From Sphyrna mokarran (Eukaryota), in contig JAGIQG010000010.1 of the NCBI GenBank assembly GCA_024679065.1, positions 50,840,001 through 50,904,000 of the forward strand: a stretch of DNA of 64,000 nucleotides. Direction: 5' to 3'. Below are positions 11,066-23,619 of this stretch, one piece after another. The notes beneath the pieces were generated by a model, which made no database searches, was not told where the DNA came from, and saw nothing but the letters and a program-made list of their open reading frames with translations. The stretch's first letter is position 1. Every line of letters begins with the position of its first letter. Both the position numbers and the translations under genes were made by a program.

Positions 11066-11934
11066 GTCCTTGGAAATAATTTTAACCACAAAAATGAGTG
11101 GATTTGAATCAGATTGAAAAATAATCTTGATTTCAAATCCAACATGCCCTAAACATTCCAAAATCTGCGATGATGTTGGCGTCTGATTTACAGGATCCAC
11201 AGAGCCCTTGACCAGTAATATGGAGTTTCTTAGGTGGGCAATCATACCGGTTAATGAATGATCATGAAAGAAGTAGATTTACATTCCATATAGTTTGGAT
11301 CCATGTGAAATTAAACTTATGTCAATATGTATTAGTCTTTCTATAATATTCACAAAGATATAGCATTAAATTCCTATTTCCCATAAAAAATGATTACACA
11401 ATAATATTATTTAAAATAAATCTTTCCACTGAGGCTTGAGAGGAAGGCAAGTACAATATTGAACTGAATCAGTCCTGACATTTGAGCTGTATTATGACAC
11501 CTTGCAAAGCTGATTGTAAGCTTCTTAGCAATAAGTGGAAGAATAAAATTTAAAAAGTGCTTGGCCACATCACCTGTCAATCTTATTTTGCTCGAGGTTT
11601 TTGGAGATTTTTGAAGTTATAGTTGCCAGCCATTTTAGTTGGATGCTGCATGAATGAAAATTTCATAAACAGTACTGGAAAAAGTCAAAGTGAATAATTT
11701 ATTATGTACAAGATAAAATTAAAGATTCAGAATGTTTAAAGTTAAACACCAGGTGAATGGCATGCATTATGTGCAAGAGTTTAACTCTAAATAGTTTGAA
11801 AAAATTGTAACACAATGTTCATAACACATTGATGTTTTACTGACCACCAGTTTGGATTTCACCTTTTTTTAAATTATCTGATATTAATTGGGCTACTCAA
11901 CAGAAATGTTAATCAAAAAAGATTTTAGAAATAG

Positions 11935-12160
11935 AATAAAACCAAATTACTGCAAATGCTGGAATCTGAAACCAAAAGAGAAAACACTGGCAGCATCTGT
12001 AAGGAGAGAAAAAAGCTGATGTTTCAAGTCCAGATGTCAAAGCTGGAGTCTTTGTCCAGCTTTGACAAAGGGTCATCTAAATTTGAAAGGTCAGCTCTTT
12101 CCTCTCCTTCCAGATGCTGCCAGACCCACTCAGATTTTCCAGCATTTTCTCTTTTGGTTT
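11935..12160. mobile_element. Penelope-like pseudo-LTR remnant arranged as an inverted repeat
   Basis: The arm AAACCAAAAGAGAAAA..CTGGCAGCATCTG pairs with CAGATGCTGCCAG..TTTTCTCTTTTGGTTT. The centre carries a decayed hammerhead-like TGACAAAGGGTC..TTGAAA. Confidence 0.7.
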
Positions 12161-12249
12161 AAAAAATAGAAGTTGGGAATGTTTGACAAGTGGCTGCAAT
12201 GGATAAACACATGGATGCAAGCACTAGTTGAACAATTACTATTCTCTTC

Positions 12250-12640
12250 AACATTCATTCCCTGCATCACCAATGCACGGGGGTAGCAGTGTGTACTATC
12301 TTCAGGATGCATTGCAGCAACTCACCAAACCTCCCTTACTAGCAATTCCCAAACTTGAAACCTCTACCACCTAGAAGGAGAGTTGAAGGAGATGCAGGGG
12401 GACACCGTCAATTTCAAGTTTCCCCCAAGACACTCTCTATTCTGACTTATAACTATATCACTTCTTCCTCATGGATGCTGGGTCAAAATCCTGGAACTTT
12501 CTTCTTAAGAGCACCATGAGATGTTCCTATATCACATGGACTACAGAGGTTCAAGACTACCATCATGGGCAATTAGGGATGCACAATAAATGCCAGTCTA
12601 GTCAGTGATGCCCGCATCCCATGAATTAATGTCTAAAAAG
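12250..12640 (+). mobile_element. 3' end of a second, older CR1-group LINE family
   Basis: CAACATTCATTCCCTGCATCACC continues the sequence at 33490. Ends GGGCAATTAGGGATGCACAATAAATGCC...CATCCCATGAAT. Confidence 0.8.
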
Positions 12641-13075
12641 TCAGACATTCTATTGTTTCAGGATACTGATGTTAATAAGTACAACTAGAAAAAAAAATTG
12701 ATGCAGAATGTTTGCAAAAGTGACTATTTCTGCAGTATTCAGATTTGCTGTTTTGTGTTATGATGAGAATATATTATCTAACTTTTATCACTGCTGAGCT
12801 GGTAGAGTCATTAGGTGGAATTTTTCATTTTTCAAGCTAAATGCTGTGATGGGGGTTCTGCGGCACATTTCCCACTGTTGAATTACTTTTGAATTCAAGT
12901 TCGGAAGCTCATTAATTATGCAGAAGTGAGTATCTCCCTGAATCACGTGGTGGGCCCAGAACTGATTCTTTGGCTCTGGTAACAGGGTAGAAGGTGTAAA
13001 GGTCATATTTAAAGGCCATGAAAGCACACATATTCCATTCTCTCCAGCCCACCTGATTCCAAGAGATCTTTAGAA

Positions 13076-14820
13076 ATGTCTACCAATCAGAAGAAAAAGG
13101 CTGCAAAGCATAAGAGAGCATCTTGCTTCTGCCACAATGCCCTTCAGAGATTCATCAGAGGAGGAACCCAGGGACGGCTTGAAGAAGGACACAGTCTCAC
13201 CGCTGCAACCTAGGAGGTCATAGCAGAGCAGGTCAGTGTGGTTTGTTACCATGCTCACAACACTGCCCAGTACAGGAAGAGGAGGGATGGCCTCATTCGC
13301 TCTGCCAGGTTAAGTCAACTTTAAATTGCCTCTAATATCGAACTCTTGCCATGGTATAATGTATTCAAATGGATACTCTCTTCAGGGATCTCACATAATC
13401 ATTAGATGAGGAGACATATCACCATTCATTGTCTCACAGAAATTTTCCATCTATCACGCTGCTCATACTCTACCCTTAGCCCCTTCAGGGAGGGCTCACA
13501 TACAGGGGACATACATCTTTCCCAATCTCAACTTCATTCCTTCCTGTCACATTCTTTTCTCTTGTCTTTATGCAGGCCAAGCTAGCCCACAATAGGCAAA
13601 AAAGATTACAGACTGGAGGAGAGACATTCAACAAGGTAGTCCTCACCAAATTTGAGGATGATGCTGCCAAACTTCTGAGAGGGACAAGGATTGCTCCTGT
13701 GGGGAACGAAAGATTGGTGTATCACAGCAACCTAGCATGGGTGACACTTCAATAAGTTCCTTTCATCCTGACATTCACAGTGAGTTGACATAGAATCTAG
13801 TGTTAGTCCTGCTGATGAACTAAATTTATGTTCTCCCTGTTACTGGCATCAGCAGATCAAGGCACATGCAGAGTCTGACCACCTCAGAGATGACATAAGA
13901 CTCTGACCACCTCAGAGGAGGTACGTGAGGAAGCCACTAAGGAAAAATTATCACTGCATTCAACTGCACTCTCCACCAGTACAAACCCACACCTCTCAAT
14001 TAGATCATAGCTCTAAATATGGCTTATTTAGCCAACAAATTGGAGAACGCCTCACTGACATGTTTCTGCAGTAGTGAGAAACAGGGACCGCATCGGTCTC
14101 TGGAACTCAGGGGATTGTTGGAGGTCAGTCACCCTGTCTGAGTCAGCTGATGAACAGCTGTGAGTGGCCGCTGACACTACGCTGGAGCTGTCGCAAGAAA
14201 TGGTGGAATATTACACAGAGATGCAACTTTCAGTCAGCAGGCTAAAATGAAGGATAGAGGAGTCCATCCCCATTCTATCTGATGTTGTGTTTGTCTGACA
14301 TGTGAATGCCTCAAGATTTTCATGGGAAGGTTGGTGGCCATTGTAGAAACCTTTGTCCTGCAGGTTTTGTTGAATTTGCACTCGGTCCTGGATTCCATGG
14401 CCGCACATGTTGGTAGGAAGTAACCGTGTAGAGGTGCTGGGAGTGAAGTCCTTTGACTTTCTCCAAATGCCCTTCTTCTCATGGTGAAAGGAAGGGGCAT
14501 TTGGGCACCTTCAGGGGGGATATGTGTCAGTGTGACACCATAGCAGTCTCCACCTAGAACACTCCAGGTGTGTCCAGACAGTCAAAATGCCCTCTGCCTC
14601 TCACCATTTCAGCTTCTGAGTTTGAGAAGAGTACAAATATCCCTGACGAGGAGATGCTATCAGGTTGGAGCCATGGAGGCATCCAGTCACTGTGGACATA
14701 CTCCAAGATCATTACAAACCCCAGAAAATAGCAATAAGTAGGCTACATCCACCTCTGCTGCAGATGTTGGTGTTGCACCTAGGCATAGTGGTAGGGTTAG
14801 GAAAATTAAGAAATATTGAA
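13076..14820 (+). pseudogene. Decayed Myb/SANT-like DNA-binding gene of a PIF/Harbinger transposon, with intron structure
   Basis: Exon 1 ends ..NTAQYRKRRDGLIRSAR (cf. RT..QCRKR.NDL) at ~13309. Acceptor TTTATGCAG precedes AKLAHNRQKRLQTGG..VLTKFE (from 13576). The C-terminus APRHSGRVRKIKKY* ends near 14818. Many stops and frameshifts. Confidence 0.7.
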
Positions 14821-15084
14821 ATTAAGTGATTGGTGTGCAACCCTTGTATAGATATTGCACTTTTGTTATTACATTTGATATTGATGACTTGGCCAACTGA
14901 AGGTGTTGTGATTATTTACACATGCATCTTCTTATTGCGAGTTTAACCTTTCTCCCACACAGTAATAGCCTCCCTTTGTGATCTTCACATTCTTGTGATT
15001 CAATTTCACTGAAGATAGTTTCCACATCCATGTGTGATATCACAAAGATGTGTTAAAATCATTTTTGGAAGTGTATTTTTATGT

Positions 15085-15700
15085 GCTTGAAACACTTCTA
15101 TACTTGTATCGGACTTCGGTGAGATAACATCTGGACTACCGTATACAGTTTTGTCTCCTTATTTAAGAAATGATATAAATGTTTAGAAGCAGTGCAGAGA
15201 ATGTTCATTTGACTGCTAACTGATACAGAGGGTTATCTTATGAGGAAAGGTTGGACAGGCTGAGCCTGTATCCATTGGGATTTAGAAGAATGAGAGATGA
15301 TCTTATTGAAAAACATGTAGGATCCTGAAGGGAGTAAACAGGGTGGATGTTTAAATAATGCTTCCCCTTGAGGAAGACTAGAACTAGGGAATATGGTTTA
15401 AAAGTAAGGGCTGACTCATTTAAGACAGAGGTGAGAAGTTTTTTTTCTCTCTCGTAGAGGGTTCTGAGACTTTGAAACTATCTACTCCAGAGAATGGAAG
15501 AGGCAGAGCCACTGAATATTTTTAAAGCGGAGGCAGATTAATTCGTGACTGGCAAGGAAGTCAAACCTTATCAGGGAGAGGTGCAATGTGGTGTTGAAGT
15601 CACAATCAGATCAGATCATAGTTTATTGAATGGCACAGCAAGCTCAAGGGGCCAAATAGCCTAGACTGCTCTGAATTTGTATGTTCATATGCTTATATGG
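15085..15700 (+). mobile_element. Old CR1 3' fragment
   Basis: Decayed LEAVQR.F / LSYEERLDRL.LY.L.FRRMR.DLIE reading and CR1 tail GGCCAAATAGCCTA..TGTATGTT. Confidence 0.8.
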
Positions 15701-16717
15701 TTTTCATCAGGTCATATGGCACCACTAATGATTTAAAAACACTACCAACAAAAAAGATGCGCTGCTTTGTGTGCTTTATTTTTGCTCTGCCTATGCACAA
15801 TGACAGTCAGCTAAAAGTATAGGAAACAATCTTCTCAGATTGCCCTATTCACTTGGACAGCAGTAAAAGAAGAACTGAAGAGTATAAGTTATGGTAGTGG
15901 CTTCAATTACTGACTGGCTTCAACCTTCCTGAAACGGCTGTTTTTCATTCCTGACAATCTGTCATACTGTAATTGTATGAGTCAGAATGCAGAAGTCTTA
16001 TAAGTTCTGCAGTCTACAATGCATTATTCAGCCTAATCACTCAAACAATCCAAAAATGCAGTAAAATAATTCATGGGAGTTAAATCTAAATGTACCACAG
16101 GGACAAAAATGTGCATTTAAGAAAATTGTTACTGCCTATACCATTTTCTATTTGCATGATAGAAGAAAAATATTAAAATTACTCCTGCACAATTGAGTTG
16201 TACTCTTATGAACCACGTAAAGCTCTTACAAAGCCAGGTAACTTTTGTTAGCTTGTAATGTATATATTTGGAGAAGGTAATACTTAGCACTTAATAGAAT
16301 TTCATTCTAAAAGACTGCGACAGAATAAATGCTACAATCAATGAAACATTCTTTTCATGGAAATTTATAATGTTTGACTAAAAGGCTTTTTATTAACTAT
16401 AGTATATAGCATAATAAAAAGCTAAAATGTCTCCAACACAAAATTGCCAAACAATTCCCTTGATAATGGGTGTTTATAATCTTTAGCAAACTTTGTTTGC
16501 CACTGGGCATTTACTGAAGATTTGTCTGGCTGCACAATTTTGGCTGAGTTGGGAATCAGAACTATTTCCTATCTTTGTTTTCACTCAGCTATTAAAAGTT
16601 ATTAAGAGGAAAATAGTCATCCAAGCTTCCATAGAATACATGAAAGAGCTCAAAGAATTTGTTACTATCTAATGGAACCACTAATGGAACCACTTTTATT
16701 TCCTATAAAGAATTCTA

Positions 16718-16935
16718 CCTTTAGCCAAACTCTTAAGTTCTGCAATTCTTATCCTAAAAACCTTCTTTGCTCCTTCAAAACACTCTTTGGAACATACCTT
16801 TTTCAGCAGACTTTTTCTATGCCCTACTATCTGTTTATGTAATTCAATGGGAAATTTTGTTTGATAATATTCCTTTGAAGTACTTTGGGGCATTTTACTG
16901 TGTTAGAAGAGCTGTACAAATGCAGAAGTTTTTTT
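16718..16935 (+). mobile_element. L2 LINE 3' end remnant
   Basis: CTCCTTCAAAACACTCTT...TGAAGTACTTTGGGGCATTTTACTGTGTTAGAAGAGCTGTACAAATGCA parallels 46340-46490. Confidence 0.65.
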
Positions 16936-17320
16936 TGCACTTGCAATATGTTGTAAAAGTGCCAGAGCAAGATGTTCTATCACTGCGTTGGCAGCATTCC
17001 TGACAGTGGTCATCAAACAATCTATTTGTTGGATGTTATCATTGATGAAAGGTCATCAGTAATAGTGTTTGAATGCTTGCAGTGAGAGATCAGAAACTTG
17101 GTAGGCATATTGCTTTGGTACTTTAATTCTTGGATTGGACCAGATGTTGCAGTTAGCAGAGGCAGCTGGTAGCATTCCAAAGTCCCAGATCATTTCAGTC
17201 ATAACATTATGTAACATATGTTGATTAAAGCATATATCAAGCATATGTTCAATATTATTGGGCAAACAAAATGCCATTATCAGAATACCTTCATTGATCA
17301 ATAAAACAGTGCACTATGGT

Positions 17321-18005
17321 GCCAGACTTGACTCAGCAGTGCCACTCTATAATGCATGGTGGAGTGATTGAGTACATAATCTAGGATGACACTTTAGTTC
17401 AGTATAGAGTTTGTGCTGTATTATTGAGATGCTATCATTTGGATGAGGGATTAAATTGAGACCTTCTCATGCAGATGTAAAAGATCCCAGAGCACTTCCA
17501 ATAAAAGATCCGAGGGCACTGGCACATGAACAACAGCAAGAGAGTTCTCCTGATGTCCTTGTCAATGTTTATCTCTCAATCAAAACTGTCAAAAAACAAT
17601 TACCTATCTTTCAGATGAAATGATAAACTGAGTTTTCTTTCCCCTCCCATGTGCACTTGAACAATCCCCAAGCATGATTCAAAGAAGAGTGAAGAGATTT
17701 CCTTGTGCTCTTGCCAACATTTATTTCTTGGCCTACTTCTCCATAGATGGTTAGCTGAGCAATTATCTCCTGCTTTTGGAGGAATCTTACTGTGTAAAAA
17801 TAATGACTACATCTTAAATTTTCTATGACCGTTGAATAATGTGGGACATGCAAGGCTAAAAAAGGTATTTACTATTTCACAAATATTTATGGGCTTTGAT
17901 TTGCACCATTTGCTATTGCATTTTCTCACTTTACAACAATACAAAACTACTTCATTAGCTATGAAGCACTTTGATATGTTCTAAATTTCAGAAAGGTACT
18001 GTTCT
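17321..18005 (+). mobile_element. Deu-domain SINE (SacSINE1/AmnSINE1-like), apparently one copy nested in another
   Basis: Deu-like core ATGTAAAAGATCCC..GCACT..GAGAGTTCTCCTGATGTCCTTGTCAATGTTTATCTCTCAA. A second partial core lies at 17611-17810, and the tail CTACTTCATTAGCTATGAAGCACTTTG resumes at 17947. Confidence 0.6.
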
Positions 18006-18145
18006 TTCCCCAAGTTTTTGTTCTTTATTTAATAAAGCAGTATTATCATTTTCACAGGTGCCAACGGATTCCAACCTGGTTATTTATGATCACACTTTGA
18101 GGAATTGGAGGTGCAGTGTCCCATGCACCATTTTATTCACTATTA

Positions 18146-18625
18146 TAAAAGCAAAATACTGCAGATGCCGAAAGTCTGAAACAAAAATGTTGGGACAGTA
18201 TTAAGGGACAAGTTCAGAATCAAAATATTTATCTGAAGGAAATGTGAATGAAAAAATGGTGAATAGCAGCTGCCAAAAGCAAAAGAAGAATGAAAGCAAG
18301 ACAATGAAACCAAAGGTACAAAGGAGGAGGAAACAAATGTGGCCAGAGATTACTGCTTGAAATTGATGAACTGAATTTTGAGTCCAGAAGTCATTCTGCC
18401 ACCAATACTTCTTTTTAAAATACTTTTTATTTCTTCACTTGTCTCATTACTACTCCTAATGATCTGGCATTAGCAATCAATTTTGTCATCTAGTTGCTCC
18501 TATTTTCCACCCTATTAGACCTTTTTTGTTCTTTTTCCACTATCATCCTCCCACTTGTTTAAAACTATTACAATTCTGACTTCTTCCAGTTCTGAAGAAA
18601 TGTCATCAACCTGAAATGCTGAGCC
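18146..18625. mobile_element. Penelope-like remnant
   Basis: Starts AAAAGCAAAATACTGCAGATGC..TCTGAAACAAAA and ends in the hammerhead-like AGTTCTGAAGAAATGTCATCAACCTGAAA. Confidence 0.6.
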
Positions 18626-18824
18626 AAATTTTCTTCACTGTTTTGAGAATTGTGAATTAGGTCATTTCCCCATGCCACATTTCCCAGTTCTGGTTGAACC
18701 TGGGTACACATGCAGTCTTCATCCAAAGAGTTGAGGTCAGGCTGGATCAGGACTGCCAACTCCTGATGCAGGCCTGAAATGGGAATATAGGCAGGCAGAT
18801 ACCAAAACCAATGGGTTAAAAATA

Positions 18825-19035
18825 TTGAAACAAAATTCAGACAATGCTGGAGAAACTCAAGAGGTCAGGTAGAGTCTGTGGAGCAAGAAACACAGTTAAA
18901 GTTTCAAGCCCATTGACCCTTCAACAGAAACATTAACTCTGTTTCTCTTTCCAAAGATACTCTCAGACTGTTAAGTTTATTAAGTATTTTCTTTCTTTAT
19001 TTCAGATTTCGATCATCCACAATATTTTATTTTTA
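18825..19035. mobile_element. Penelope-like inverted-repeat remnant
   Basis: AGAAACACAGTTAA pairs with TTAACTCTGTTTCT around a centre near 18920. The arms resemble those at 11935. Confidence 0.65.
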
Positions 19036-19202
19036 TTGGATGAGAAGCCTTGTCTTCATTCACTGGGACATTGGTCCATTTTTGTGAATGACTCTACCCC
19101 TCACCTCTCCCACCCTCATCCAGGCCCCCATTATCCCCTTCATTCACAGTTATATCTCCCATGCATTTTCCATAACCCTCCATGCCCAGTCTATATTCAC
19201 TT

Positions 19203-19450
19203 ACATAGAAACATAGGACAGTATAGCACAGTACAGGCTCTTCGGCCTTCGATGTTGTGCCAAGCTATCCTACTCCCTATCATTCTGGTGTGTTCCACGT
19301 GCCTATCCAATAACCACTTGAAAGTTCCTAAAGTGTCCGACTCCACTATCACAGCAGGTAGTGCATTCTACGTCCCAACCACTCTCTGAGTAAAGAATCT
19401 ATCTCGGATATCCCTCCTATATCTCCCACCATGAACCTTATAGTTATGCC
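19203..19450 (-). mobile_element. CR1 LINE 3' end, same subfamily as 29090-29362
   Basis: The minus ORF GITIRFMVGDIGGISEIDSLLREWLG nearly matches the translation at 29090-29190. Confidence 0.9.
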
Positions 19451-19723
19451 AAAGTCAGGAATCCCTTTCATGCCCCCATTCATCATCCTGAAATTTGATG
19501 CATAATGAGCTACTGTCAACTCTTGGAGGCCCATTACCATTTAACACTCACTTGAGCATTGATTAGAAGTGGGCAGGACTTCTATCAACCTGACATGTTA
19601 GAGTTGTTGGCTGTCAGATTAGCCAATAACTCCCCAACCCAACCAAGCTTAGTGCTACAGTGGCCAGAAGTGGTACTGCTGTATAACTGCCTGGAACTAA
19701 GTCCAAGAGGTCCCAGAAGATGA

Positions 19724-20216
19724 GAGGATAGGGGATGCCCCAGGGATTGGAGGGGGGGGTATAATCATGACATTGGATGGGGGGTTAAGCTATGGTTTGG
19801 GGGAAGGAAGAGCCAGAGTTCCAAGAAAGGGTGTCCCAACTCTGAAGGAACCTTCAGATTGAGACATTGTCACTCTTCACAGGCAAAATGGAAACAAACA
19901 TTCTTCCTCTGTTTTCCACTCTCCTTGCACCCATTCCCACCAGCTTAAAATTGAGGCTCCAGAGATTGGGAGGATAGGGGATGCCCAGGGGTTAGAAAGG
20001 GTGTGATTGTGGCATTGGGTGGAGGGGATATGGTTAAGCTATGGGTTGTGGGAAGTAAGAGCCAGAGCTCCAAGGTCCAGGAAGAAAGGGTGTCCCAACT
20101 CCGAAGAAGCCTTCAGATTGAGACACCATCATTCTTCGTAGCCAAATGGAAACAAGTTTTAATCCTCCGCTTCCCATCCTACTTGCACCCAGTTCCACCA
20201 GCTTAAAATTGAGGCT
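19724..20216 (+). repeat. Diverged tandem duplication of about 240 bp (19724-19958 and 19970-20216)
   Basis: Shared blocks GAGGATAGGGGATGCCC, AAGAAAGGGTGTCCCAACTC, CCTTCAGATTGAGACA and CCACCAGCTTAAAATTGAGGCT. Confidence 0.9.
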
Positions 20217-21154
20217 GGATTGAAAAGGTCCTGAGTTGGCTATCACAGGGGCCTCTTAAGAGCCTTAATAGGTGAAAGAATGGGCACCCTGCCCAGGGGC
20301 CCTGCCCACCCAACCGTGAAATTTCTTCTGAGTTCCAGTGTCGCATCATTTTTGATGCCAATTTTGCCCATTTTTTGTAAGTATGATGACTGAATTTTCT
20401 GCTTTCAGCTGCATATGACCAACAGTCTGAGTTTTACCATCTATTTTACTGTTGAGTATTAATGCAACTATCACATTCACCTTTAGATGTTGACTGCTTT
20501 AATAAGATTGGTGTTTGCAATTTCCTCAGTTTCTGCAGAGCAATACAAAAATCTCCAATAAGCAAACTAAAAATAACTGCCAATAATAGGAAACAAAGCT
20601 AAGCACAAAACACAGATATTTCCAGGCTAACTGTCAACACCATATATCATGGGAATCTGAGAGTCTGCTTTTTAAAAAAATTAAGCAGCACTCTTCACTC
20701 CAACTTTCTCCACGCTTTGTTTCTAAAATCTGGCGATATTGAAAAGTGAGGCAACATAAAAGGTCAAGTAAAACCAGTTATTGCATTCACACCAGGAATC
20801 ATCCTCACTATCTCAAAATAGCATTTTCAATTGACTTGAACAAAATGAAACTTCACATGTAAACAGTCAAATATTTTCCATGAAGTTCTCCTATAAAAAA
20901 TGATATTGTTTTGCTGCATCTTATTTCTGCATTTATTAAATATAATCCTTCAGGGAGAAACACTAAATAAACATATCTGAAATTGAAAAACAGAATAATT
21001 CATTTGAAAGCTTTCTTATTTCATATCCTTGTACAAACAACACTGGAAGAAAATAAGGATTGATTGATTATTTCTAACGGTTTTTATCCCTGTCACTCAA
21101 CCTGATTGGTTGATAGTGGCAACTTTTAATTCTAATGGAAAAATAATGGATTTT

Positions 21155-21345
21155 TAAAATTAATTCGAGGGTTGTGGTCACCACTGGCTAGGCCAGCATT
21201 CACTGCTCATCATTAATTGGGCTTGTGAAGGAGATGGTGAGCTGCCTTCTTGAACCACTGCAGTCTATGTGGTATGTATACCCACAGAACAGGAACCTGC
21301 AGGTATTCCCATGCTGTCCCTCTTCTTCTAAATGTTAGTGGGTTT
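21155..21345 (-). mobile_element. 3' end of the older CR1-group LINE family, internally deleted
   Basis: Reverse complement of the 12360-12630 type sequence (GGCCAGCATT..TTAATTG..GAGCTGCCTTCTTGAACC). Confidence 0.7.
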
Positions 21346-22325
21346 CTCATAACATGCTGACATGCAGGTTAAGATACTGATTGCCAGCTTAAGAAGTTGA
21401 TGAATTGTGTGTCAAATGCTGTCCAACTTGCTGCTAGTAATTATGGGTATACAGTGCAAAAAGAGATGGAGCAGAACGTATCATCTTTACTTTGAATCCA
21501 AACATCTTATTACTTGATCTCAACTGAACAATGTGCATTATCAAAAACTCTCCAATCAACCTACCTCCTTGACTCCTAGCCCTGAGAAACATTGCACTCC
21601 CACCGCCATCAACAGAGAAATGGTAAGAAATAAACTGTTGGAGAAGGTCTACTCCAATATAAGCCTGCCCTTATTGAAAGACCTCATCAATCCACCCACA
21701 GAATGCCTTCCCTCACTCCACTCCACATAGATAAATTTACCACACCAAGAAGTAACAGCTTAATAGAGGAAATTTGATGGGAGAAGACATCTACTAGAAA
21801 TCATTCTCATATTGCAGATCACACTGCTTGTCTACTCAGCTTTGATCTTCCATAGGAACAGTGGGCCCTTTTAAACCATTTCAGGATTGGCTAAAGCCTC
21901 TGTGTAGTCACCCAACATCAGTGATGTCACCAGGACCATCCAGGCTGCAGCTATAGTGCAGTGCAAACAATGACGTTGTCAAAGGGTGATTCAAGTACTC
22001 TATCTAGTCACTGATGAAGCTATTTATTGGCTCTGTGACTAGGTACATGCTAAAAAATCATATAACTATGGAGTGCCCATTTTTGGTAATGTATGGGCAA
22101 TTTTGTAGGCTCTGATTTTGAAATGGAGATTTGCCATAATGAGCATTTCGTAATCTGTGTTTGATGTCAGCAAAACTTTGAATCAAAGTGGAACTTTGCT
22201 AAATTTTCCCCAAATGCCTGAAGTAGAAAATGATTCAATTTCTAAATGATGTGCCTCACCTAGATGAACAATATTAGAAATTTTCACCAAGAAATTAGAT
22301 AAGAAATTATAAAAATAAGCATGAT
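21287..22325 (+). repeat. Dispersed duplication, copy 1 (about 1.04 kb); copy 2 spans 29822-33323 with three later insertions
   Basis: Colinear shared blocks include TCTTATTACTTGATCTCAACTGAACAA, ATTGCAGATCACACT, CAGCTTTGATCTTCCA, GAAAATGATTCAATTTCT and TGCCTCACCTAGATGAACAA. Confidence 0.93.
21540..22055 (+). mobile_element. RTE-X-like LINE C-terminal remnant, also present in the duplicated copy
   Basis: Decayed translation KLLEKVYSN.SLPLLKDLINPP..LPS and FDLP*EQWALLNHFRIG..C...H...P.CS...QTM matches the RTE-X pattern FDLPR..W..LNRFRTG. Confidence 0.6.
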
Positions 22326-23619
22326 TTTTTTAACTTCTTAAGTACAGATGTATGATAATCTGTCAAGAATGTAAGCTGTCAATGACTAAAAGTGCTGTAA
22401 TTGAAAAACCCTGAGCTTGTACATGGTGAAATTTACTGTTCTATGCAAATTGCTGTATAATTGACTTGAAGACCTCTTATCACAAAAATAAATATAAAGA
22501 ACCACAGTAAAATGTAAAAAGATGAGACACCCAGTGTAACACAGCATTGGGCAGGTTCATGGAGGCATGTTACCTCTTTGCACGTATTTCATTTCCTCCC
22601 AGCCGGAACTACACGGCAGTTTTTCAGAAGATATCTGTGATAACACCCACAAAGTCCCATTGGGAATCATTGATTGATCACCCTGTGGGGTTGGTTGTAT
22701 ATGAGTTCCCCTGGTAACAGGCAGTGGCCTTCTCATCTGGAACTCATTACCTAAGTCTTTCATAAGGCAGATACAGGACAGGGCCTGCTGAACTGTAGTC
22801 CCAGACAAGGGCAAGTGTATGTACATCATAGTTGTGGTATTACATTGCATTCTGTATATTTTTGGGGAAAATAAACCATGTTCCTTTTCAGTCAGGCTTC
22901 CTGAGTCATTACAGTGTTACATTTGAATCACAAATAGGCACAGGTGAACTGGGGAAGGTATGCAATAAAAGAGGGGACTCGAACAGAATCATCCGTCTGA
23001 ATGTCTTCAGTGGGAAATGGGCATGGAGAATGGCTGTTGAGCAACCTGGGAGAAAAAATTGTTTGACTATCTAGAGTTGAACTTTGATTGACTTGCAACC
23101 TCAACTTGGAATATCAACTAAGGTTGGTTGAGGATCTTAACTTGCTAAAAGTACTTAGAAAGAGACTCTCTTTCTATTTTGGTTGGATTACATCAATAAA
23201 TATCTTAGTTATCCAGTTAAATATATAGGGAAAATAATCAAAATAAAGATAGCACTCATGAGTTTTATGTCCTTATAATTTTGAAGTGCCTCATTTATTT
23301 GAAACAGACTTTTGCAACAGTAAATATACAGTAATTGTGCTTTTTTATTTGAATTCCTGTGTTAAAGTGTGCATGAACTCCCTGCCTATCTGATGCTAAC
23401 ATAACACACCTCTCTTAGTGGTGTTACACCAGTTAATAACACTTGAATCCATGTGCAGTAAGACAGAAAGAGAAAGTTTTGGCGTTCTAGATTTTATAAA
23501 TGGGGACATAACTAAAAGAAAGAAACAATAATGAAATGTAGCAAAGATGTAATGATTCATTTGTTGAAAACATTTTTTTAGGCTCGGGGAAGAATATATA
23601 ACTTTACTCATTCTTTCTT

